From IMG/VR virus record IMGVR_UViG_3300021962_000041, positions 32,001-96,000 of that record: a DNA stretch of 64,000 nucleotides; one strand, written 5' to 3'. Source of the stretch: a virus. The position numbers and the translations under genes are program-made. This document shows positions 30,899 through 41,192 of the stretch, in pieces; position 1 is the first letter of the stretch, and each line of letters opens with the position of its first letter. The notes under the pieces were generated by a model. That model searched no databases, was not told the origin of the DNA, and saw only the letters and a program-made list of their open reading frames with translations.

Positions 30899-31354
30899 TC
30901 AGCGAGCGTACAAATAACCACCTGCCCAATCAGCATTCTCAAGCAACCATTCACGATCACAGATCAGGCGCAGATCGTAGCGAACACCCTTCGCAGGAGA
31001 CTTCCAAGATGCAGACTTATACACTTGACCAGTCTTTTTATCTACAAAAGCATGGACAGAGCGGGAACCATTAGCAACCATAATGATTTTGTGGTACTTA
31101 CGACCTGTTTCAGGATAGAACTCATAACCACAATTGCCGTTCTTCAGGTCTTGAATGCAATCCTTGTGATAGGCAATACCAGTTTCAGTGTTGCCTTCCA
31201 GGCGCTTCAGAGCACTTTCGTGCATCTTGATGCTGTAATCAATGAAGTTCTGGCGGAGTGCCTCACAAAGGGCATAGGTGTGCCCCAGAACTGCCTCTGC
31301 GATGTTCTTCCGTGCCTCTGCTTGGGCGGAATACTCAGCGAAGGTGGTCGTCAT
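30899..31354 (-). CDS. Conserved phage hypothetical protein
   Basis: GRKYHKI..SVHAFVD..G.VYK.ASWK.PAKGVR..DWAGGYLY. Confidence 0.75.
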   Translation of the reverse strand: MTTTFAEYSAQAEARKNIAEAVLGHTYALCEALRQNFIDYSIKMHESALKRLEGNTETGIAYHKDCIQDLKNGNCGYEFYPETGRKYHKIIMVANGSRSVHAFVDKKTGQVYKSASWKSPAKGVRYDLRLICDREWLLENADWAGGYLYAR

Positions 31355-31568
31355 TGCTTGGTTGCGTATGTGCTTATTATAGCGGCACCTAGGCACCGCT
31401 GGGAGGGTCAGTATGCCAGTTCAGAATCTGGCACCCAGTAGTCGTCAGACTCCAGGTATCCCATCCAATCTTTAGGATCGGAATCATACAGGGCAATTTC
31501 CCGCAGTTCATCAATCAGTTCAGACAGATCCATGAGAAGTTCCTCAACTACTTGATTATTATAGCAGA

Positions 31569-31982
31569 TCAAACTGCTAATGCGCCAGAGGGGATTTCAA
31601 CAACTTCAGGAAGTTTTTCCACAAATGTATTCATGTTGTAGCATACCCATTCACCATTGCGGAAGATATAGTGATACTCTTCACCATTATCAGGGAGAAG
31701 ATACTCACACAGGTCAGCATCAAGACGAGGAGGGCATTCATCACCACGCTGAGAATAGTATTGAGGACCATAAACACCCTTCACATCAGTATCATCCCAA
31801 CGTTCATCAGTCCAGCAGCAGGACATATCACCACCATCAATCAGTTCGGCAGCAAGAGAACGAGAGTTGTAATGCGTGGTCAGAATGCGACCCAACCACT
31901 CAGGGTAACCATCCCAGTGGTGATACACAGAAAGCACAGAACCATCTTTGAGTTCAATACCAATGCGAGAGCGGGTTGCCAT
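31569..31982 (-). CDS. Conserved phage hypothetical protein
   Basis: MATRSRIG..VYHHWDGYPE motif; early promoter element at 32008-32066. Confidence 0.78.
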   Translation of the reverse strand: MATRSRIGIELKDGSVLSVYHHWDGYPEWLGRILTTHYNSRSLAAELIDGGDMSCCWTDERWDDTDVKGVYGPQYYSQRGDECPPRLDADLCEYLLPDNGEEYHYIFRNGEWVCYNMNTFVEKLPEVVEIPSGALAV

Positions 31983-32065
31983 TGGGGCGTCTGTCGATTA
32001 CCCACATATTATAAGGGGTCCCCAGTGCCCTGAGAACCCCCTGTGTGCCAGTTTAGAAAATGTCC

Positions 32066-32278
32066 TCAATCGTCGTAGATTTTACACTCTGCTGCATCAG
32101 GATGGGCGTCACAATACAACTCAAGTGGTGTGGGATCATGTAAATCTTCAGGATGATTTGCTTTATATGTCTTAAGTGCTTCTAATTCTTCTTCTGTGTG
32201 TCTCCGTGCCTGTGGAGAAATTGTAGGGTCACTCAGAAGATCCTCATCCTTCTGAATGTGTTGGTCGATGTTTTCCAT
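32066..32278 (-). CDS. cp12: CP12 Calvin-cycle inhibitor
   Basis: C-terminal PLELYCDAHPDAAECKIYDD; 70 aa; ATAAATA late-type promoter upstream. Confidence 0.92.
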   Translation of the reverse strand: MENIDQHIQKDEDLLSDPTISPQARRHTEEELEALKTYKANHPEDLHDPTPLELYCDAHPDAAECKIYDD

Positions 32279-32308
32279 AGTTTTGTATCGGGTTGATATA
32301 TTTATTTC

Positions 32309-32515
32309 TCACTCACTCAAAGAATTACCACGCCAGTTCTTCGGTGGGGGAGGATCACATTTTCCTTCAAGGGAGCGAACCATTAATTCAGTAAACTTTT
32401 CCATTTTTTCTGCAGAAACTGTTTGTGGAGACCAAGTAATTGCTTGCTTGAGGGCAATAAGTTCGTTCCATTCTTCCTGAGTAAGATTTTCAGTACCAGT
32501 TTTTGCAAGAGTCAT
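32309..32515 (-). CDS. Hypothetical protein
   Basis: 68-aa ORF with RBS-like GGA. Confidence 0.65.
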   Translation of the reverse strand: MTLAKTGTENLTQEEWNELIALKQAITWSPQTVSAEKMEKFTELMVRSLEGKCDPPPPKNWRGNSLSE

Positions 32516-32603
32516 AGTTCCTTTGCGATGTAACCCAATGTTAGCATTCCAATATAATACTATCTAGAAACTTAATGTTTTCTTTGGGATCACGTTACAC
32601 TAC

Positions 32604-33230
32604 TTAATAATGTAACTCTGCGACATATCTTTTAAGGTAATCAATCTTGACATCAACAGATAAAATGATTCTTTCTTTTGTTCCACCATGAACAACAGAA
32701 TGCTTAAGAGGTCCACCATCTTTGAATGCAAGAATCTTACCATCTTCCCAAGTTTTTGTTTGATCTCCAACTGTAATTCTACAACCAGGATCACATGAAA
32801 TTCCAAGATGCATTCTCATATAGTTATCAGTCCATCCAGTATGGGGATTAATAACAGAACCAGGAACTAATCGACTAATAAAAGAATTATGGAGTACATC
32901 TAGTTCTTCTTCATACTTTCTGAGTATTCCAGTTGTTACTGGACATTTTTTTCTAGAGTTTTCAATAATAACTTTTAAGAATGCCATCTCTTGCTCACTA
33001 GCATAAGATGACATAAATTCACCTTCAAACTTTGTTAAGGGCGCTGCTTTCCAGTAATGTTCATACAAATTTCTACCATCAATTTGATATCGTGGATAAT
33101 CAAATAATGATAATGGTGCCTCACAAAAGTTAAGAATTTCTTCTTTAATTACTGGATAGTTCTCAATCAGTTCATTATATACTGGAACATCTTCAAAATA
33201 AGATTCCCAAAATGCTATTTTCTTGCTCAT
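32604..33230 (-). CDS. Asp/Asn beta-hydroxylase (AspH/LpxO)-like 2OG-Fe(II) dioxygenase
   Basis: SRLVPG..PHTG..RMHLG..W.DGK...HSVVH..R. Confidence 0.88.
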   Translation of the reverse strand: MSKKIAFWESYFEDVPVYNELIENYPVIKEEILNFCEAPLSLFDYPRYQIDGRNLYEHYWKAAPLTKFEGEFMSSYASEQEMAFLKVIIENSRKKCPVTTGILRKYEEELDVLHNSFISRLVPGSVINPHTGWTDNYMRMHLGISCDPGCRITVGDQTKTWEDGKILAFKDGGPLKHSVVHGGTKERIILSVDVKIDYLKRYVAELHY

Positions 33231-33895
33231 TTTAAATACTTCTCTAGGTAACTTAACTTAAGATCAAAGGACATAACATATCTATCTTTCTTTCCATTAT
33301 GGACTACACTATGATAGTATGGACCGCCATCTTTAAATGCTAATATTTTACCATTTTTCCACGTTTTTGTCACGTTTCCTACAGTTATCTGGCATCCAGG
33401 ATCTTCCACAAGACACAAATGCACTCTCATATAATCTTTAGAGTATCCTTGATGAGGTCTAATAATTGTACCAGGAGATACCATACTTAAGAACATATTG
33501 GCGAGTATTCCCTCTTTCTCTGGTTTTTTAATAATGTTATGAATTACAGGTGTAAGGATCCATCGATATTGATCAATCAACATATCGAGATCCTTTCCAC
33601 CCTGTAACTTCTTCACGATCATATTCACTTCGTGATGGTATGATTCGCTAAATCTAGAAAGAGCTAGAACATCCCATGTATTATCATACATTTTCACCTT
33701 TTTACCACTCTCGGGGTCGGTAATCTTATACTTTGGATAAGGATTCATCCATTTATAAGAAGATCCACCAACCTTTGGAAATAGTTTGGATTTGATAATG
33801 AGTTCCCACTTAATAAACCTCCAATACCGCATAAATGTGCGGCATATGGGTTCATCCATTAAATAATCTTCCCAAAACTCTGGTTCCTGTATCAT
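33227..33895 (-). CDS. AspH/LpxO-like 2OG-Fe(II) dioxygenase
   Basis: SPGT.IRPHQG..RVHL..HSVVH..DR. Confidence 0.88.
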   Translation of the reverse strand: MIQEPEFWEDYLMDEPICRTFMRYWRFIKWELIIKSKLFPKVGGSSYKWMNPYPKYKITDPESGKKVKMYDNTWDVLALSRFSESYHHEVNMIVKKLQGGKDLDMLIDQYRWILTPVIHNIIKKPEKEGILANMFLSMVSPGTIIRPHQGYSKDYMRVHLCLVEDPGCQITVGNVTKTWKNGKILAFKDGGPYYHSVVHNGKKDRYVMSFDLKLSYLEKYLK

Positions 33896-34566
33896 TCGAT
33901 ATCAATATATTCTTTCAGATAATCTACGCTCAAGTCAAACGAAAGATAGAGTCGATCTTGATCCTTACTCTCGTTCTTCATGCTGATAAAGTATGGACCT
34001 TGATCTCTGAATGCCAGAATATCTCCATCACTCCAGGTTCGAGTCTCATCACCAACATTGATTGTGGCAGCATCATCATCCCAGGCAAGTCCTAGATGCA
34101 CTCGTACATACTCTTTTGTCCAACCTTTGTGGCGATTAACCACACAACCAGGATAAAGTGTTCCCAGGAAAGCATTTGCCAATTTCTTATCTCGTTCTGC
34201 TCTCCAGATCAGATTATGAAGCACAGGTAGACCACGCTTACGCAGTTTCCTGATGGTATCATCAAGACTCAGATCCAGTTTCTTCTCTTGTTCTGCCTTA
34301 AATTCAAGGAACTCTGGACTTACAGACTTCTCCTCATCAACATAACCAACAGGAAGAGTTGTCCAGTTGCCAGTATATAATGGATTCTGATCTCCAGTAT
34401 CAGGATCAACAACCAAAGGATTGAAATAAGGAAGCGACCAATGTGATGCCATTGCAGCAAAATGAGTCAGTTCAATATAAAGTTTATCAAAGTTCTCAAT
34501 CAACGAAGCACAAATAGGTTCTTTCCCTTGCTTCAGTTTAAAATCCCAAAATGCAGGTTCTGTCAT
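33892..34566 (-). CDS. AspH/LpxO-like paralogue lacking the distal His
   Basis: YPG..RHKG..RVHLGL; PYFISM aligns with PYYHSV of its neighbour. Confidence 0.8.
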   Translation of the reverse strand: MTEPAFWDFKLKQGKEPICASLIENFDKLYIELTHFAAMASHWSLPYFNPLVVDPDTGDQNPLYTGNWTTLPVGYVDEEKSVSPEFLEFKAEQEKKLDLSLDDTIRKLRKRGLPVLHNLIWRAERDKKLANAFLGTLYPGCVVNRHKGWTKEYVRVHLGLAWDDDAATINVGDETRTWSDGDILAFRDQGPYFISMKNESKDQDRLYLSFDLSVDYLKEYIDIE

Positions 34567-34593
34567 ACTTAAATCTCCACTTGTAGTATTATA

Positions 34594-35784
34594 TCACACT
34601 TCGATGACTTGACTGATACACTTACCACCAAAGGCAAATGAGTTGTTGAGAGTCCGAAGTGTTCTGTTTGGTAGTTCTAGATTCTCCTTGACAAGACATT
34701 CTTTTCTGTCAAGTGAACATTTATTTAGATTCTGGATGTGAGGGATGACTCTGTTCTTCATCGACTCAATCGCATAGATTGTTTCAAGAATACTAGCAGC
34801 ACCGATTGTATGTCCAATCTTACTCTTTGGTGCATAGATTGGAGTCTTGTCAAGAACATCTGTGATTGCCATGTATTCAATTGGATCACCGATAAATGTA
34901 GAGGTTGCATGGCCCGACACAGCATCAATAATCATGGGCATGGGACTATGCATGTCAGCGTTCTTCAGCGCCTTTGTAATCGCTATCTTGGCGCCTCTGG
35001 CGTCAGGTGCTGGAGCAGTCATGTCCAGGGCGTCAGATGCCATTCCAGAGGGGTACAGGGTGGCGTGGATGGTGCTACCATACTCCTTTGCCTTCTGACT
35101 GGATTGTAGGATCAGGCATCCAGCACCATCACCCATCATGAAACCTTCACGCTTGTCATCAAATGGGCAGTTATAGTTTCCAAGGGCACCAAGTGCCTGA
35201 AAATATAACATCAGTTCCACGTTCACATTATAGTCAGACGATCCAACCACAACATATTCATATTCATCACACAGGCGTTGAGCATACTCCATGGTAAACA
35301 GTGAGGTTGCACATGATGCCAACATGGAAACAGATGCTCCCATGAATCCATAATGTCCACACAGGTGAGATGGAATCATATCAGGCAGAATGTTTACCAG
35401 TTTCCGCAGATTAATTCTCTTCCGATCATACAAATCATTTACAATCTTGTTACCTGCCTCATAGGAATTAGAAGCAGATGAGAAGATCACTGCAACTTCC
35501 TGCTGTGGTTTCAGACCAGACATTTTAAGTGCCTGCTCTACAACATGGAATGCAAGAAGTTGTGATCTTGTGTAGGTTCGCATCAATTTGGGATCAAGAT
35601 CTGGCAGTTGTAGAGTTTCATAGTCTACCATCAGACCCCTGGTAATCTTTTCACCCCGTTCAATCATGGGATGAAAGTCCACAGAATAATCTACATCATC
35701 TAAAAACCTTGGAAAACAATCGCTAGGATTGTTACCCAAGGCGTCAATCATTCCATAACCAACAACATGGACTGGATTAACCAT
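34594..35784 (-). CDS. fabF: Beta-ketoacyl-ACP synthase (FabF/FabB family)
   Basis: ASCATS (Cys), GHATST (His), KSKIGHT (His), PFD..REGF.MGDGAG, NNSFAFGG. Confidence 0.9.
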   Translation of the reverse strand: MVNPVHVVGYGMIDALGNNPSDCFPRFLDDVDYSVDFHPMIERGEKITRGLMVDYETLQLPDLDPKLMRTYTRSQLLAFHVVEQALKMSGLKPQQEVAVIFSSASNSYEAGNKIVNDLYDRKRINLRKLVNILPDMIPSHLCGHYGFMGASVSMLASCATSLFTMEYAQRLCDEYEYVVVGSSDYNVNVELMLYFQALGALGNYNCPFDDKREGFMMGDGAGCLILQSSQKAKEYGSTIHATLYPSGMASDALDMTAPAPDARGAKIAITKALKNADMHSPMPMIIDAVSGHATSTFIGDPIEYMAITDVLDKTPIYAPKSKIGHTIGAASILETIYAIESMKNRVIPHIQNLNKCSLDRKECLVKENLELPNRTLRTLNNSFAFGGKCISQVIEV

Positions 35785-38187
35785 TACTCGTCATCTCCAC
35801 GATTAAAAAATGTACCAAAGAAACCAGAATCACCTGGTTTTCGGTTTTCGAGTTTGTCAAGCAAGGAATCTGTAGTCTGTAGAGATTCAATACGACTGAT
35901 TAGATCAGCGATCACACTACAAACCATCGGACGCTCTTGACGTGCAGCATATGCTAGCGCATTTCGCAGAGATTGCTCTGCTTCCTTTAACGATTCTTCA
36001 ACAGATTGTGATAGTGCCATACTTCAGGGTTCTCCAGGTCTTTACAACGGGGGTAGAAGATGCCGTCACGATAACAGGCATGTTCTGGATTTGGTTTATC
36101 ATATTTTACCACATTTGGGGGATAATCTCTAACATTACAGAGTTCTCCTTGTTTTAACATAAAGTTTTCAAAACACAGACCAGCAACAAATGGGGCAAGA
36201 AATTGAAGAGTATACATCAACAATCATCCATTCCAAGTGGTTTGGTAACCTTACGAAGAAGGTAAGATCCATCGCCACTATCTACCCATTCGATTGTATC
36301 ACCTTCTTTCAGTTTTGCTGCTTCTAGGAGATCATCTGGGAAAGATACAAAATATTCTGTTTTGTCAGTATCAACGTCTTTTACTTCTTCAACAGGAAGA
36401 ACCCATTTCTTTTTAGAAACCTCAGGTGTCCATTCATATCCACCTTCTTGGCGGATTCTTTCTACTTCGGCATCAAGTTCCGCCTTATTACACATTGCAT
36501 TCAGTTCTTCTTCAGTATATTGAACACTACTCACAGTTGAACCTTTATACTCTTCTGGATAATAATTCTCTTCCCAGAAACTATTCCAGGCATTCTTACA
36601 TTCTGGTGAAGAATCATCCTTGTCGCAGACAAATTTTTCACCAGTTGCAGTATAGTCAAACTTATCATCATTCCGCAAGTCACCTACAGTTGCTTGCCAG
36701 GCAAGTTTGAACTTATCATCAAACTCTTGCAGATAATACTCAAGAAACTCATAAGCAGCAGACATCAAAAGTTCTGCTTTATCATATTCGTGTCCTTGAA
36801 TTTTATCTACTGCATTATCAATAATCTCACGGGCAGAACAAATCTTGGATGTGACCATTTCAAGGTCATTCATTGTTCGCCAAACTTTATCATAATTAAC
36901 ATTCATTGAGGTGGTCCTTGATTGCTTGTTCCACTATAACTGAGATCTCTTTGGAAGTCAACCCATTGAGCCACTTCCAGTTTGGATCTTCTGGATCCCA
37001 GTCCATGGTGAAAGACCCATCTTCATTCTGTGTTATCTTAAGACTATCAGCACTCATCGCAGTCAGTATCTTTATAGTGTTTACGAACCTTTTTAAGTTG
37101 TTTGAGTTCTTCCTTGATCATTTTATAGGCAGCATCACTATCAATCTTATCACCCATTTCAAGGGCAATAATAATGTCTACACGGGTTCCAAAGTGTGCT
37201 AGTGCTTTCTCAAAACAATCTAAGTCATACATTATCATTACTCCACTTTTCTATGGTCAGAATATCTATGCGGGCATCAACTGCATCAATAGAATTCATC
37301 AATTCATACAAACAATTAGATGTTTCCACATTTTCTGCTTCAAGTGCAATAATTCGTTCTTGAAGTTCAATCAACTTTGAATATATGTCAATTTCCTCAA
37401 CGATTGGTTTTTGTGATGGTGCAACGAACCAATCAACAAATTGTTTAATCATCATAATACACCTACAGATTTTAGATAGTTACGATAACCCATGTATCGT
37501 CTTATACTTGGTTGATCCTTTACGCCCAATTGATGACAGATCTCACAATAACATAACCACTCATACCAAGGAGTAGTGGGATCTAAAACATGGTATGGAT
37601 ATTCAGAGTTTTCCACCTACTTCCCCGTTATAAGTTTTGGTTTCAGAGAAACCTTCCTGCCGTCCTTTAAGATAAAAACGGGTGCCTGATATACATGACT
37701 CTTCAGTGAGAGCTGAGACCAATCCGTTACCTTCTTTGTCATAACTATCCCAGAGAAATTTTCCCTTTACAACATAAAAACAATCGTCAATTAGTTTCTT
37801 ATCTGGAATATCAAGTGGATTGCGTTTCGTCATTCTTTTTATTGAATCCAAAGGGTTGGTTTTCTGCTTCTTTTTCTACACGCAGTTTCTGCGCTAAAGT
37901 ACAGACATTCTCGGCAACTTTAAGAATATCCTCTACTTTTGCATCATCAGGCATCCGACTTTTGATACATTCGTAGATAGGAAAGAAGATATCTGCTGCT
38001 TCAGTTACTTCTTCAATTGTCAGTGGCTTTGTATTCATTTGGTTTCTTTAAATCAGGGTGGGGGGCATAGAGAGGTCCAGGATAATTACCAGCAAATTTA
38101 TGATACTCTTTGAGTGCCGCAATTACTTCTGGTGTTTCTTCCCAATTCCATTCATTACCATTCTTGTCAGTAAAAGTTCTTAGAGTC
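35784..38187 (-). other. Run of hypothetical genes (35784-36020, 35987-36223, 37047-37238, 37225-37455, 37603-~37851, 37811-38038 and other short ORFs)
   Basis: Abutting minus-strand ORFs. Confidence 0.65.
36217..36906 (-). CDS. Hypothetical protein with C-terminal AbrB-like domain
   Basis: YFVSFPDDLLEAAKLKEGDTIEW..GDGSYLLRK. Confidence 0.7.
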   Translation of the reverse strand: MNVNYDKVWRTMNDLEMVTSKICSAREIIDNAVDKIQGHEYDKAELLMSAAYEFLEYYLQEFDDKFKLAWQATVGDLRNDDKFDYTATGEKFVCDKDDSSPECKNAWNSFWEENYYPEEYKGSTVSSVQYTEEELNAMCNKAELDAEVERIRQEGGYEWTPEVSKKKWVLPVEEVKDVDTDKTEYFVSFPDDLLEAAKLKEGDTIEWVDSGDGSYLLRKVTKPLGMDDC

Positions 38188-39214
38188 ATAGGGTAATCCA
38201 GCGATTGTTTTCAAGAGTCCATTGAGTAACTTCTGCGATACGTTCTCTAACTGTTTTAGAAGGAACCCATCCCAGTTGCTTCATTTTATCACCATCAAGG
38301 GCATAACGCAAGTCATGTCCAGGGCGAGAAGAATGGAAATCTACAAGATCATATTTCAGTTCTTTTCCTTGGGTTTCGGCAATGATTTGTGCAAGTTCCA
38401 AGTTATTGAGCTCTTCCGCTCCGACAATGTTAAACTTAGGACACTTAGCATTACCCCAAGTAGGTTCGAACTTACCCTCATAATTCAACAGAAATAGAAC
38501 AGCAGATGCAACATCTTCGGCATGAATATAATGGCGAGAACCAGGAATCGTTCTGGTGGAATCACTATGAATCGTCACATTTTCACCATCACGAATCCGT
38601 TTGATGCACATAGGAATGTACTTCTCGGGATGTTGACGTTCACCAAACACATTCATTGTGTGAGTAATGTAAATGGGAAGACCATAAGTATTCTCATAAG
38701 CAACCGCAAGTTCTTCACCACCTGCCTTAGTTGCACTATAAGGATTGGTAGAATTATACCGATCATTCTCCTTATATTTGATTCCATTCGGAGCAGGACC
38801 AAAAACTTCATCAGTACCGAAGTAAATAAACCTTTCCAGATTATCCTTTTGAACTCTTGCAAACTCAAGGATATTACAGGTTGCAACAACATTATCCATG
38901 ACAAATTCCATGGGATAAAGAATGCTACGATCTACATGAGACCCTGCAGCAAGATGAAGAATGTAATCTACATTACCAATTTCAGAACGAACCAAAGGGT
39001 TAAGTTCTGCCTTCAAATCATGGTGAACAATCTTTACACGTTTACGAACTTCAGGATCAAATGAAAGCATCAAATCATGAAGACGATTTAGATTGCCACT
39101 GTAATCAAGACGATCAAGTGTAATCACTTCCCAATCAGTGGTCTTAAGAATTTGTCCAATTAGATGGTGTGCAATGAATCCTGCGCCGCCAGTAATAAGT
39201 GCTCTTTTAGTCAT
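38186..39214 (-). CDS. rmlB: NAD-dependent nucleotide-sugar dehydratase (dTDP-glucose 4,6-dehydratase/RmlB-like)
   Basis: ITGGAGFI, HLAAGSHVDRSI, TDEVFG, YSATK, QHPEK, RPGHDLRY. Confidence 0.88.
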   Translation of the reverse strand: MTKRALITGGAGFIAHHLIGQILKTTDWEVITLDRLDYSGNLNRLHDLMLSFDPEVRKRVKIVHHDLKAELNPLVRSEIGNVDYILHLAAGSHVDRSILYPMEFVMDNVVATCNILEFARVQKDNLERFIYFGTDEVFGPAPNGIKYKENDRYNSTNPYSATKAGGEELAVAYENTYGLPIYITHTMNVFGERQHPEKYIPMCIKRIRDGENVTIHSDSTRTIPGSRHYIHAEDVASAVLFLLNYEGKFEPTWGNAKCPKFNIVGAEELNNLELAQIIAETQGKELKYDLVDFHSSRPGHDLRYALDGDKMKQLGWVPSKTVRERIAEVTQWTLENNRWITL

Positions 39215-39550
39215 AATTATTCTTCAAATTTGTAACTGAGTTTAATATCTTTCTTTTTAAGTTTGTAACGATCAATGTGCTTTTGACGGTGTGCTTCCGA
39301 CTCAAAGAAACATTTGCGAGTTTCATTCCCTTCCTTATACACAAGTTTCCAAGGGAATCCGTCAAAGGGGAATTCTTCAGTGTGTTCCATTAGGTTGGTT
39401 GTTCTCTCCGTTGAGTATACACGAGATCAAAGAGTTCGTCAAGCACCTCTCCACACTCATGATATTGTTGACTGTCGAGAATGCATTTCTCAACTTGATA
39501 GCGACGAACCGCAGTGTAAATGAGTCTATATTGTTCGGGTGTAAAGTTCA

Positions 39551-40324
39551 TTAGAAAAAAATCCTCCAAATACCATCACAAAGTAATCCATGTCCTTGCA
39601 TTGTAATTCTCCTTTCATTTTCTTCAAGAGATATGAAAGGTGCAATCTGGTGAAGCAAAACTCCCTTAAAGAAAAAAGCTTCTCCAAGATTATATGATAC
39701 CACACTATCTGGTGGTCTATGATTTAGATATTCTTGATAGTGACTTAAACCCCTGACATAATCAGATAGTTCTTTATTCGTATCATATTGTTTTAGTACG
39801 GATTCATCCCATATCGCTAATCCACTACCACATTTAGGAGATTCGAGAAGTAATGTCCAGGTTAATGAATTATGAATTGTTACATCTTTAAATTTTGCCC
39901 ATACCATCCTTGCTTTTTGATGTGCATATGGTCTATCCTCATGAATTTTAAATAAAGGTTTTTGACTCAATTTCATCGTGAGTTTATTATTTAATTGTCC
40001 AGGAGGATGACCAAGTACATGAAACCCAGGATGGCCAAGATCATCTATGATTTCACATGGTCCTATCTGTTCGGTAAGTTTTTCAATAACAAGATCATAA
40101 ACCCATTCAAAATTCTTTTTCAAGATTGGATTCATTTTATTCATTTGAGCAGTATATCTTTCAGAATGAGTCATTCCTTCCTGATAACTGGTAGATCCTA
40201 TGGTGTAAAAATCCCAGGGTTCTGGTTCTCTCCTGACCCAATATTCATAGAGATCATCAACAATACCTACGGCAGTTTTACATTGTTCTTCACTGAGAAC
40301 TTTTATAAATCCATGTCTTTTCAT
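39551..40324 (-). CDS. 2OG-Fe(II) oxygenase-like protein
   Basis: IHED..HQIAP..RITMQGH (HxD..H..R). Confidence 0.72.
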   Translation of the reverse strand: MKRHGFIKVLSEEQCKTAVGIVDDLYEYWVRREPEPWDFYTIGSTSYQEGMTHSERYTAQMNKMNPILKKNFEWVYDLVIEKLTEQIGPCEIIDDLGHPGFHVLGHPPGQLNNKLTMKLSQKPLFKIHEDRPYAHQKARMVWAKFKDVTIHNSLTWTLLLESPKCGSGLAIWDESVLKQYDTNKELSDYVRGLSHYQEYLNHRPPDSVVSYNLGEAFFFKGVLLHQIAPFISLEENERRITMQGHGLLCDGIWRIFF

Positions 40325-40719
40325 CGACCAGTAACATCTGCATAGTCTTGTAGTTTACCATATCGAAAATGTAATCTCAAGCGGGGCCAATCTTCCCATT
40401 TACCTTTCCATTCAGCAGGATAGATCTCCACATATTTGGTGATCTCATGGGGTTTAAATCTACCATGCTCACCAGTAGGAATCCATTCAAAGTTTAAAAA
40501 CTTACGCTTTACATCGTATCGTTCATCATCCTTTGAGATTTCCTCAAAGGTATGTGTACCGACATAGCTGGGATACCATAACTGACCCGCTGGATCTAAC
40601 CAGTAGTCAGTCATTGTACCACCAATACCTTCTTCAATGTCTTTAGTTTGGCAGGTTACATTAGTAAACTGCTCGCCCAAATCATACGATGAGTGAAAAT
40701 AATCAAACATTCCCATCAC
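40321..40719 (-). CDS. Conserved phage hypothetical protein
   Basis: MGMFDY..CQTKD motif. Confidence 0.72.
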   Translation of the reverse strand: MMGMFDYFHSSYDLGEQFTNVTCQTKDIEEGIGGTMTDYWLDPAGQLWYPSYVGTHTFEEISKDDERYDVKRKFLNFEWIPTGEHGRFKPHEITKYVEIYPAEWKGKWEDWPRLRLHFRYGKLQDYADVTGR

Positions 40720-41192
40720 ATTTCTCCAAGTGTATGAATGACTGGTTTTTCGTGTGCTAGGATGCGATACAGGTCTTCATTCTGTGCTGCTGATACAGGA
40801 ATAAACTCAGTCTTATCATTAAACTCATCATCACGAATCGCTTGGTTAATCACTATTGATCCTTCTTCTCCTGACCAGGATCTATGGTAAGTTCTTTGAG
40901 GAATCACAAGAGCTCCAGAAGAACGATTAAGATGCACAATATGATATGGATATCTCCATTCAGGATTGACTAACTCAAATGTGCGAATACCCTGCAGAAC
41001 ACGATTGTGATCTACCTGGTGATAATGAATATAAAACTGCTTTGCTCCTACAATATCATCAGGAGGACTAATAGCAGGACCTTCGTGAACCACGAGGTCT
41101 GATGCATTAGATCCCTCCACAGAAATATCATAAAAGATAACTGATTGAGTTTCACGGAATACTCTGTGCTTCTTAAAAGTTACTTCGCTCAT
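40716..41192 (-). CDS. Cupin-fold protein (RmlC-like superfamily)
   Basis: FYIHYHQVD..VLQG..L.IP..TYHRS. Confidence 0.65.
   Translation of the reverse strand: MSEVTFKKHRVFRETQSVIFYDISVEGSNASDLVVHEGPAISPPDDIVGAKQFYIHYHQVDHNRVLQGIRTFELVNPEWRYPYHIVHLNRSSGALVIPQRTYHRSWSGEEGSIVINQAIRDDEFNDKTEFIPVSAAQNEDLYRILAHEKPVIHTLGEM

Noticed and set aside
32066-32278. cp12 (and speD) as novel
   Set aside because: Well-established cyanophage auxiliary metabolic genes.
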